Positions 29,068 to 37,107 of a DNA stretch of 51,885 nucleotides are shown here, piece after piece. Location of the stretch: contig JAHFOQ010000003.1 in the NCBI GenBank assembly GCA_023261595.1, positions 1 through 51,885 of the forward strand, given 5' to 3'. Within the stretch, counting starts at the first letter, position 1. Every line of letters starts with the position of its first letter. A program made the translations under genes and the position numbers. This DNA comes from a bacterium (lineage in GTDB: Bacteria; Patescibacteriota; Saccharimonadia; CAILAD01; BJGX01). The notes under the pieces were generated by a model that was not told the DNA's origin, ran no database searches, and saw only the letters and a program-made list of their open reading frames with translations.

Positions 29068-29423
29068 ACTTGTTCCTCTTTTAAAATAAATAAATCAATG
29101 CAATAGTTAGCGAGCCAAACGATTATTACTGCTCCAATTGCTGCCCATATGCTGTGTAGCTGAAAGGGTGGATAAATTTTGGTGGTAATCCATAACATTA
29201 GAGCGTTTACAATTAATGTAAATATTCCAAGTGTCAGTACAATTGCAGGAAGACTGATTATAACAACTAATGGCCTAATAAGAGCATTTACTACGCCGAA
29301 AATTAGACTGGCGATTAAGAGAATAATCAATCGATTCTGATAATCGACCCCAGGAATAAGTAGGCTTGCTAAAAATAGACCTACGCCATTTCCAATCCAG
29401 CTCCATATAAATCGTTTTAACAC
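29064..29423 (-). CDS. Phage holin family (YvlD-like) 4-TM protein
   Basis: NALIRP....SLP...LTLGIFTLIVNA. Confidence 0.88.
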   Translation of the reverse strand: MLKRFIWSWIGNGVGLFLASLLIPGVDYQNRLIILLIASLIFGVVNALIRPLVVIISLPAIVLTLGIFTLIVNALMLWITTKIYPPFQLHSIWAAIGAVIIVWLANYCIDLFILKEEQV

Positions 29424-29483
29424 TTCGTTATTTTACCATAACAGACGGGTTTTTCCGAGAGTTTTGCATAAGTTTTCTCGAGT

Positions 29484-30944
29484 CTACTCGGGTGTAGTAT
29501 GTTTTGTTTGCTCGAGAATCTTTGCAGTTAATTTCGGTCCAATAAAGTCTGAAATATCTTTTTCTGTAGCATCCATTACCGCACGTGCACTACCAAAATG
29601 TCGAATAAGTTTCTTCCTAGTAATTGGACCAATCCCTGCAATGTCTTCAAGTGCTGAGCTGCTGGTGCGCTTTTTTCGGACAAGGGTGTGATAACTCACT
29701 GCAAAACGATGAGCTTCATCGCGAATTCTCTGTAATAAATGAAGTAGAGGTGTACCTGGATCAAAATTTGTGAGAAAGAACTCTCCCTCCCTCCTACTTT
29801 TCGAACTAGCATTTTCTTTTGCATCATCAATATGCTGTACGATTGTTTCGTAACGCTTCGCAAGGCCAACAACTGGTACGGTAATACCATCATGAGCCAA
29901 TTGCTGACGAGCAGCACTGAGCTGTCCTTTTCCGCCATCTACAATAATTAAATCGGGTTTACCCCATTTGTTATTACGCGACGAGAATCTTCGTTGTAAT
30001 GTCTCGGCCATCATTGCAAAGTCATTAGGCCCTTTGGTACGCATTTTAAAGTGACGATACTCCTTATTGTCTGGGACACCGTCAGTAAACACTATCATAC
30101 TACTTACTGCGTCTCCACCAGCAAAATTTGAGATATCATAACATTCGATTCTACGAGGAGTTTTACGTAATCCGAGCAACTGGGCTAATTCAATTAATGC
30201 ACTATCCAGCGTAAGATCGAATGTTTCTTCTCGACCAAATACGATTTTTGTATGTAATGACTTTATCGCTAAATATTGGTTACGAACACCTGCAGCGGTT
30301 TCATAGTCTTTCGTTTTAGCCAAACGTTTCATCTCTTTTTCTAATTCTTTTAAAAGAGTGTCTGTCTTACCTTCAAAGATCAACATTAATCGTTTAATAC
30401 CTCGTCGATATTCTTCTTGGCTCATATCTGGCAAGGGTGCTACCCCAATTTGGTATTCAAGTTTTGATAACTTAGTTTGCTTCGGTTTTGTATAGTATGG
30501 AAAAATCTTTCGCATGTAGCGCAAAGCTTGTTTTACTTGATATCCAGAAACAAAAGGGCCAAAATATTTACTTTTATCTCCGACTGGTCTTCGTACTAAC
30601 GTGATGTAGGGATATTCTTCTTGCAAAGCAACTTTTATATAAATAAAGTTTTTATCATCGCGAAGCTCGATATTGTAGAGTGGTTTATGCCTTTTAATAA
30701 ACTCAGCCTCTAAAAAAAGTGCTTCAATTTCGGAATCTGTTTCTATCCAGTCAACAACAGCGATATTGCTAACAAGTATAGGAGTTTTTACATCTCGATG
30801 TTTCTTCTGAAAATAACTATTAACCCTACGTTTCAGAATAGATGCTTTACCGATGTAGATTATCTTTCCTGTTGCATCTCGAAAGAAATATACTCCGGGT
30901 TTTGCAGGAAGTTGTTTTAATTTTTCTTGTAGGGATGTCTTCAT
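29484..30944 (-). CDS. uvrC: Excinuclease ABC subunit C (compact)
   Basis: GIY-YIG (PGVYFF..IIYIGKA), UVR domain, RIECYDISN, PDLIIVDGGKGQL, RIRDEAHRFA, HhH. Confidence 0.96.
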   Translation of the reverse strand: MKTSLQEKLKQLPAKPGVYFFRDATGKIIYIGKASILKRRVNSYFQKKHRDVKTPILVSNIAVVDWIETDSEIEALFLEAEFIKRHKPLYNIELRDDKNFIYIKVALQEEYPYITLVRRPVGDKSKYFGPFVSGYQVKQALRYMRKIFPYYTKPKQTKLSKLEYQIGVAPLPDMSQEEYRRGIKRLMLIFEGKTDTLLKELEKEMKRLAKTKDYETAAGVRNQYLAIKSLHTKIVFGREETFDLTLDSALIELAQLLGLRKTPRRIECYDISNFAGGDAVSSMIVFTDGVPDNKEYRHFKMRTKGPNDFAMMAETLQRRFSSRNNKWGKPDLIIVDGGKGQLSAARQQLAHDGITVPVVGLAKRYETIVQHIDDAKENASSKSRREGEFFLTNFDPGTPLLHLLQRIRDEAHRFAVSYHTLVRKKRTSSSALEDIAGIGPITRKKLIRHFGSARAVMDATEKDISDFIGPKLTAKILEQTKHTTPE

Positions 30945-30967
30945 CCCCTTATTATAGCCTTATTACA

Positions 30968-32074
30968 CTATTTTTTTGGAGGTTTTGGTTGTTTCTTATG
31001 AGTAGATTTAGGCTGTGTTTTCTTTACAGGGTGTGGCGCTTGAGCAGATGAACTATGAGTCTGTGTTGAATTATCTACAGAATTTTGGTTTGTTTTTTGC
31101 GCGAGTTTAATAATATGTTGGTTGTATCGTCTAATTAACCATCGAATAATGAAGAACAAAATTACAATGATAAGCAGTACAAGTAAGATAAGTTTATATG
31201 GAATTACCCAGAAAGTAGTTACTGTTTCGAGTGGAGTTGAGTTAACACCATACGTCAGTTTCATTTTGGCAGTATAACGCCCAAACATCCACTTAGAATT
31301 AAGTGTTTCTTGGAATCGACGAATACTTTGTGGCAAGATACTGCGCGGAGGATCCTGTGGATTAGCTGGATCACCATTAACTCGTAATGTACCAGCGTTA
31401 CGCCCAAGCATATCAGTTACTTCAATAGTGCCAGTTGGTTTAACATGAATGTTCCCATCGTTTCGAAGACGCTCTACAAAACTAATTGGACCAGTTTCAA
31501 AAAATGATGATTTTGCAAAGCTTGGAGTCGCACTATAATATTCCACTACATTCACTTTTTCTTCAACTGCTCCGCCAATACGCATTAAAACAAGAGAACC
31601 AATACTTGCAGAAATTGCTACACCGGTTTCTTGTATCTCTGGAGCCTGGCCAGTAAATCGAAATACTGCATAGTGTCCACCTGGCTCGGCATCGGCAGGT
31701 ACATTTACTTGGAATTGAACGAGTTTACTTTCTTTACTACCTAATACAAAAGGTGGTGGTGCCACTACCCAACTATGTAATGTGTAGCTCGTTTCTTGGG
31801 TATAATCAAAGATAATGTTTGGTTCACCCGTTTCATTCTTTGAACCAAAGTCATTAATCTGACTTTTAATAAGTAGATCACCGCTAGATATATTCGTAAG
31901 TTTTATAGTTGCTATGGCAGTTTTACCAGGTTCACCTTGAAGCTCCAGGACCGGAGGAGAAATAGAAAGAGCCTGACCATTTTCTGCCTTGGCAGGAACA
32001 GGTACACTTAACTGAGCCAGTAGCACGACTAGCATTCCTAGAGAGAAAATAGTTCTGATAAGTCGTGTTCGCAT
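30968..32074 (-). CDS. DUF916/DUF3324 (WxL-interacting protein)-like membrane-anchored two-domain protein
   Basis: Signal peptide; LSISPP..EL...PG....IKLTN; VPADAEPGGHYA; LRNDGNIHVKP.G; ILPQS.R; FGRYTAK; FWVIP + TM + basic tail. Confidence 0.75.
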   Translation of the reverse strand: MRTRLIRTIFSLGMLVVLLAQLSVPVPAKAENGQALSISPPVLELQGEPGKTAIATIKLTNISSGDLLIKSQINDFGSKNETGEPNIIFDYTQETSYTLHSWVVAPPPFVLGSKESKLVQFQVNVPADAEPGGHYAVFRFTGQAPEIQETGVAISASIGSLVLMRIGGAVEEKVNVVEYYSATPSFAKSSFFETGPISFVERLRNDGNIHVKPTGTIEVTDMLGRNAGTLRVNGDPANPQDPPRSILPQSIRRFQETLNSKWMFGRYTAKMKLTYGVNSTPLETVTTFWVIPYKLILLVLLIIVILFFIIRWLIRRYNQHIIKLAQKTNQNSVDNSTQTHSSSAQAPHPVKKTQPKSTHKKQPKPPKK

Positions 32075-32103
32075 ATAGGTATTATATCTAACTTATTATA
32101 GTT

Positions 32104-32119
32104 TGTGAATTATATTACA
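32104..32119. promoter_or_regulatory. Candidate Crp-family box upstream of the DUF916-like gene
   Basis: TGTGA-N6-TTACA, one mismatch from TGTGA-N6-TCACA. Confidence 0.5.
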
Positions 32120-32124
32120 GAATT

Positions 32125-33213
32125 CTAGAATGTTGCGGTACATACATAGGTTAATACTGTAGTGTAAGTACCCGGTGCTTGGGTTCCAGAAACATTAGCC
32201 AAGTAAGACACGGTAAAGAGTCTAAAGCCATCGGCTGAACCTTGCGAGACGGCATTGGTTGCAGCACCTGCTGTAAATGAATACTGGTTCGTAGTATTTA
32301 ACGCAGTGACCGGGTTAGCACTACCCGCCCCTGCTGGGTTGGCACCGAATGAGCTTGGTACGGTGTTGGCAACCATATTCATACCAAATTGCGAGGTACC
32401 CTGAGTAGGCGAGGTTGCTGCCGCACCAATAGAAGCTATCGTGTTACCACCAGAAGTCGGCAAGATACCATTGTAGGTAATAACATAGCCAGTTGAGGCG
32501 TTCGTAGTAACTCCAATTTGAGAGGTACCAGTACCAGATGTACTTGGAGTAAGGGTGCCAAGCGATACACTCGAACCCGTAGCACTTGCACAACTCGAAC
32601 TGGTAATACCTGATGTACCAGTACAGAAAGTGAGCGATTCATCGACCGAAGCAGTAACGGTAATTGCATTAGCGGTAGAAACTGCAATAACGCCTGTATC
32701 AAGAGCATTTGTCCAAGCAGTATCAGAATAGGTGGTCATACGAAGATAAAAAGTGGTATTCGTAGTCGAAGGGTTGGTTACAGCCGTCCAGGGTACTGAT
32801 ACAACTCCAGATGGAGCTACCGCATTAGTCTGAGTAATACGTAATTTGCCAGCTGTAGCAGTATTGTTCGTCCAGCCAGTGTTGGTACCTAAACCAGTTG
32901 TAACACCAGTTGTAGACGAGCCAACACTCGTAAAACCAGCGGGGGTAGAACAAGCACCAGAGGCAGTTGTACAAGCGACGAGTTCAAGTGACTGAACAGC
33001 AGTAGCAGTTGGTAATGCGGCAGTACTGAGAGTATATGTAGTAGACGCGGAGGCAGCAGAACTACCGAGCGTTACTTTACGACTGGTAATTTGAGCGGCT
33101 TGTGTAGTTCCGCTTAAGGCAAATGGCATTATTATTGTTGTAACGGCAAAAACAACAGCTATTACAGACCGGGCGCGTTCCTCTATTTTATTCAACATAC
33201 TTTTATTATTCAC
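32125..33213 (-). CDS. Secreted Thr/Ser-rich WxL/pilin-like subunit, paralog 1
   Basis: Signal peptide ending TQA-AQIT; two beta domains with Cys pairs; C-terminus PGTYTTVLTYVCTATF; AAGGAG SD. Confidence 0.8.
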   Translation of the reverse strand: MNNKSMLNKIEERARSVIAVVFAVTTIIMPFALSGTTQAAQITSRKVTLGSSAASASTTYTLSTAALPTATAVQSLELVACTTASGACSTPAGFTSVGSSTTGVTTGLGTNTGWTNNTATAGKLRITQTNAVAPSGVVSVPWTAVTNPSTTNTTFYLRMTTYSDTAWTNALDTGVIAVSTANAITVTASVDESLTFCTGTSGITSSSCASATGSSVSLGTLTPSTSGTGTSQIGVTTNASTGYVITYNGILPTSGGNTIASIGAAATSPTQGTSQFGMNMVANTVPSSFGANPAGAGSANPVTALNTTNQYSFTAGAATNAVSQGSADGFRLFTVSYLANVSGTQAPGTYTTVLTYVCTATF

Positions 33214-33314
33214 TTCTTACTCCTTAATTATACTGCTCTTAGTTTTTGTAGTTTTTAATAATCTTTCTAAATGTAGCATAAGCATTTTAATAAAGTCAAT
33301 TTTCGTAAGTTATT

Positions 33315-34418
33315 TTAAAATGTTGCTGTACATACATAGGTAATAGTGGTGCTATAGCTACCCGGTGCTTGGGTTCCAGAAATATTCGCTAAATAAGAGA
33401 CGGTGAAGAGACGGAAGCCATCGGCTGATCCTTGCGAGACTGCATTCGTTGCAGCACCTGCTGTATATGAATACTGGTTAGTGCTGTTTAATGCAGTAAC
33501 TGGGTTAGCACTACCCGCGCCTGCTGGGTTGGCACCGAAGGTGGTAGGTACGGTATTGGCCTTCATATTCATACCGAATTGTGAGGTTCCTTGGGTGGGT
33601 GTAGTAGCCGAAGCTCCGATTGATGCAATCGTATTACCCCCAGAAGTTGGCAAGATACCATTATAAGTAATAACATAACCAGTTGCGGCATTCGTGGTAA
33701 CACCAATTTGAGAAGTACCAGTACCTGATGTTGCTGTTGTAAGTGTGCCGAGTGCTACGCTCGAACCTGTGGCACCAGCACAACTCGAACTGGTAATACC
33801 AGAGGTCCCAGTACAGAAAGTTAAAAGTTCATCGACTGAAGCAGTAACGGTAATTGCATTGGCTGTAGAGACGGCAATGGTACCGGTATCTAATGGTGTG
33901 GTCCAGGCAGCATCAGAATACGTTGTCATTCTAAGATAAAATGTTGTATTCGTTGCAGTTGGATTTGTCACCCCACCCCAGCTAATTGCTACTGCTCCAG
34001 AAGGAGTGGTTGCATTGGCGGCATTCAGTATTCTTAAACTACCTGCAGTAGCAGTGTTAACCGTCCAGCCAGAACCCGCTCCAACACCAGAAGGTTGAGC
34101 AACCAGAGTCGAAGAAGAGTTAACAAACCCCGACGGTGTAGAACAAGCGCCCGAGGCAGTTGTACAAGCAGTAAGACTCACAGACTTTATAGCTGTGCCT
34201 GTTGTTGGGAGAGCTGCGGTTACAAGATCGTACTGTACACTCGCAGCAGCTCCAGCAGAATTAGAAAGAGTAACTTTACGGCCGGTAATTTGAGCGGCTT
34301 GCGCCATATTAGCCCAAGCAAACGGTGAAATAATTGCCGTCAATACAAAAAATATCAACAATAGTATAGATGATCTTTGTTGCCGTACTGCATGATTATG
34401 AGTAAACATGGTCTTCAA
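33315..34418 (-). CDS. Secreted WxL/pilin-like subunit, paralog 2
   Basis: Closely similar to 32125-33213; ends PGSYSTTITYVCTATF; start uncertain (TTG 34418 or ATG 34409). Confidence 0.8.
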   Translation of the reverse strand: MKTMFTHNHAVRQQRSSILLLIFFVLTAIISPFAWANMAQAAQITGRKVTLSNSAGAAASVQYDLVTAALPTTGTAIKSVSLTACTTASGACSTPSGFVNSSSTLVAQPSGVGAGSGWTVNTATAGSLRILNAANATTPSGAVAISWGGVTNPTATNTTFYLRMTTYSDAAWTTPLDTGTIAVSTANAITVTASVDELLTFCTGTSGITSSSCAGATGSSVALGTLTTATSGTGTSQIGVTTNAATGYVITYNGILPTSGGNTIASIGASATTPTQGTSQFGMNMKANTVPTTFGANPAGAGSANPVTALNSTNQYSYTAGAATNAVSQGSADGFRLFTVSYLANISGTQAPGSYSTTITYVCTATF

Positions 34419-34509
34419 ATTAGTAACTTTCTTTTCATATTTAAACTTTTAATTATTAAAAGAATTAGGTTATAAAACTATAATACCATAACAATTATTA
34501 TTTATGTTA

Positions 34510-35256
34510 TTAATATGTGCCAACGACAATGAATGTCTGGCTTCCACTATAACTACCACCAGGAGTCGCAATGGCGATATTTGCTATGTAAGAAATAGTA
34601 AAATCTGTTCGTCCTGAGGTTTTAGTAGCATTAGCAATCGTGTTACCCGAAACATATTTGTATTGATTCGTAGTATTGTAGCCAGTTGCAGCAGTACCAT
34701 AGCTGAATGAACTACTTGGTACCTGTACGGGTGCAGCGCCAAATGTGGTTGGTGAAGTATTAGCGGCTAAATTTATACCGAATTGTTCCGTTCCAGCCGC
34801 AGATGCTGTTGGTGAAGATAGAGCGGTCAGATTATGAGCACCATTATTAGGGCTATTCCCAATAACCTGAACAATATATCCATAGCTTGTGTAATTTAAG
34901 ACGCTAAAAGTAGCTGTACCTGTAGCTGTCGAACCAGTTGTAAGAGTTCCAAGTGATACACTCGAGGTATTAACAATAAATGATAAGTTGGGATCGTTCG
35001 TCGTTGTATATCCAGATTGGGTTTGATATGCCGTGCCGGCTGCATCACCTACTCCTACCGCCCCTATACTATCTTGTGACTGATAGCTTGCCGAGGACGA
35101 ATCGATAACTCCTCCTGCACCAAAAAAATCTTCTTGTATTTGAAAGCTCGACGAACTTGCAGCCATTAAGGCCAGTGGTTGCATACCATACACTACTACC
35201 GAGAAAACGAATACCACTACAATACGCAAGATTTTAGTAAATATATTTATAGACAT
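34510..35256 (-). CDS. Secreted WxL/pilin-like minor subunit
   Basis: Shares the C-domain motifs SSVSLGTL, QFG.N..ANT.P.TFGA, N.TNQY, SY.ANI; ends GSYSGSQTFIVVGTY; start reassigned to ATG 35256. Confidence 0.75.
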   Translation of the reverse strand: MSINIFTKILRIVVVFVFSVVVYGMQPLALMAASSSSFQIQEDFFGAGGVIDSSSASYQSQDSIGAVGVGDAAGTAYQTQSGYTTTNDPNLSFIVNTSSVSLGTLTTGSTATGTATFSVLNYTSYGYIVQVIGNSPNNGAHNLTALSSPTASAAGTEQFGINLAANTSPTTFGAAPVQVPSSSFSYGTAATGYNTTNQYKYVSGNTIANATKTSGRTDFTISYIANIAIATPGGSYSGSQTFIVVGTY

Positions 35257-35303
35257 CCCATCATTATAATTCATTGCTACTGCTTATGCTATAATCATCA
35301 TAA

Positions 35304-36221
35304 ATGAACAAATCGATACGCCACTCGATTCAAACGTTATTTGTTTTCCTGCTTGTTGGATTATGTGTTCTTCCCTACACATCATATGCAGCTATTCAAA
35401 CTCAGTCGGGCTCAGTAAGTATAAATAGTATTGTTCCAGGCCCACCTCCTTCTACCCCTCCAACTATTGATACACCTACACAAGGGCAAAACTTTGATAC
35501 AAAAAATATATCTGTTGGTGGTGGATGCATTTCTAGTTTACTTGTAAAAGTATTTGATAATAATGTATTTGCCGGTTCAACATTATGTCAAAATGACGGT
35601 ACTTGGAGCTTGCTCGTCGACCTTAATATTGGACGGAATGACTTAATTGCTCGACAATATGACACGCTAAATCAATCGAGCCCTGATTCTGACACGGTAA
35701 CTATGTACTATGTTCCTCCTTCAATAGCTCCAGTTATTCCAGGCGATTCCACCACTCCTCAGATTCAGGTAGCAGAGTTCGAGTTAAGAATTAATTACGA
35801 CTACACTGTAGTAGGTATTTTTCCGGGGCAACCATTTCGATTACCTATAAGTTTCTATGGTGGTACTCCTCCTTATGCCGTAAGTATAGACTGGGGAGAT
35901 GGTTCGACAAATCTATATAGTCGAGGAACAGAGAAAGAGTTTATAACTGAACATACTTATAAAGACCCTGGTTATAAAACCGTTACAATTCGGGTTACTG
36001 ATGCGCTTGGTAACACTGCCTATGTTCAGTTTGTTATTGTCGTGAATGGTAAAGTAACTTCTCCGTTTAATCTTTCTTTACTACAGGGTGGAAGAATAGC
36101 GATTGCTTGGCCAGTCATTGCTCTTACCATTGGTTTAGGTACTGGGATGGCTGGAGGTATTTTATTTGAACGTCACTACCTTGTTCGAAAACGATCCAAG
36201 AAAACTAACAGAAAAAAATAG
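35304..36221 (+). CDS. Membrane-anchored Ig-like/PKD domain protein
   Basis: Signal peptide, Pro-rich linker, Ig-like domain, GGTPPYAVSIDWGDG...HTY..PG...VTD PKD motif, C-terminal TM and basic tail. Confidence 0.85.
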   Translation: MNKSIRHSIQTLFVFLLVGLCVLPYTSYAAIQTQSGSVSINSIVPGPPPSTPPTIDTPTQGQNFDTKNISVGGGCISSLLVKVFDNNVFAGSTLCQNDGTWSLLVDLNIGRNDLIARQYDTLNQSSPDSDTVTMYYVPPSIAPVIPGDSTTPQIQVAEFELRINYDYTVVGIFPGQPFRLPISFYGGTPPYAVSIDWGDGSTNLYSRGTEKEFITEHTYKDPGYKTVTIRVTDALGNTAYVQFVIVVNGKVTSPFNLSLLQGGRIAIAWPVIALTIGLGTGMAGGILFERHYLVRKRSKKTNRKK

Positions 36222-36279
36222 CAATTATCTATATTTAATATTTCACTATATAATATATCTATAGTAATAGGGGCTCGTA

Positions 36280-36954
36280 TTGGCAAAGACAATTTCAGCA
36301 TGGCAAAAGCTCGAGCGTGTGTTTATTGAGCATAGCAATATTCAAAGATTTCATAAATCTGAAGTAATCGTAACTCAAGGCGAATCAATGAACAATGTGT
36401 ATATGGTTCGTGAAGGACTTGTTCGTAATTATGATATTAACGATGCTGGTCAAGAGAGTACTATTTCTTTCTTAAACCGGTATAATATATTTCCTCTTTC
36501 ATGGTTACAATCAAGTGAAGACCACAAATCATTATTTTATTATGAATCTTTTAGAGATACTACCTGTTATATAGCCAATCACAGCGAAATACTTAAGTAC
36601 GTTTATAATGATAAAGAAATACTCACTTTTTTAACTCAAACAGTAAACCGAGCATATATGAACCATAGTGGAAGAATACTAAACCTTATGCACTCTCGGT
36701 TACATGAAAAGATAGAATATGCGCTATACTATCTAGCGATACGTCTCGGAGAAAAAGAAAACAGTATCTATACTATTCCCTACTCATTCAGTCATGAAGA
36801 CATTGCGAAACTGGTTGGTGCAAGCCGTGAAGCCGTCTCGCTCGAGATTGCACAATTTAAAAAAAGTGGACTTTACACTAAAGTGGACCATTGTATAAAG
36901 GTGGATATCTCTAAATTTGACTATGAAAACTACGCAAAGCAGTTTGAAGTTTAG
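36280..36954 (+). CDS. Crp/Fnr family transcriptional regulator
   Basis: cNMP-binding-like N-domain (QGE...VYMVREGLVR), HTH SHEDIAKLVGASREAVS; TTG start. Confidence 0.92.
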   Translation: MAKTISAWQKLERVFIEHSNIQRFHKSEVIVTQGESMNNVYMVREGLVRNYDINDAGQESTISFLNRYNIFPLSWLQSSEDHKSLFYYESFRDTTCYIANHSEILKYVYNDKEILTFLTQTVNRAYMNHSGRILNLMHSRLHEKIEYALYYLAIRLGEKENSIYTIPYSFSHEDIAKLVGASREAVSLEIAQFKKSGLYTKVDHCIKVDISKFDYENYAKQFEV

Positions 36955-37028
36955 ACCCTAACAGATAAGAATAAATATTTTGCGACATAAGCAAAATTAA
37001 TAATTTTCCATGTTTTTATACGTTGTTT

Positions 37029-37070
37029 TGTAATGGTTATTACAGAATTAAACCTCTTATACTGTATAAT
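37029..37070 (+). promoter_or_regulatory. Candidate class II Crp-family activated promoter of the giant adhesin
   Basis: Palindrome TGTAAT-GGTT-ATTACA (37029-37044), 20 nt before TATAAT (37065-37070); no consensus -35. Confidence 0.6.
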
Positions 37071-37107
37071 AATAACCACAAGCTTTAAATATATAAGAGG
37101 GTGATTT

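Noticed and set aside
32125-34418. DGR-type TR/VR pair between the paralogs
   Set aside because: Both are full ORFs with largely synonymous differences in the shared region; no RT in the window.
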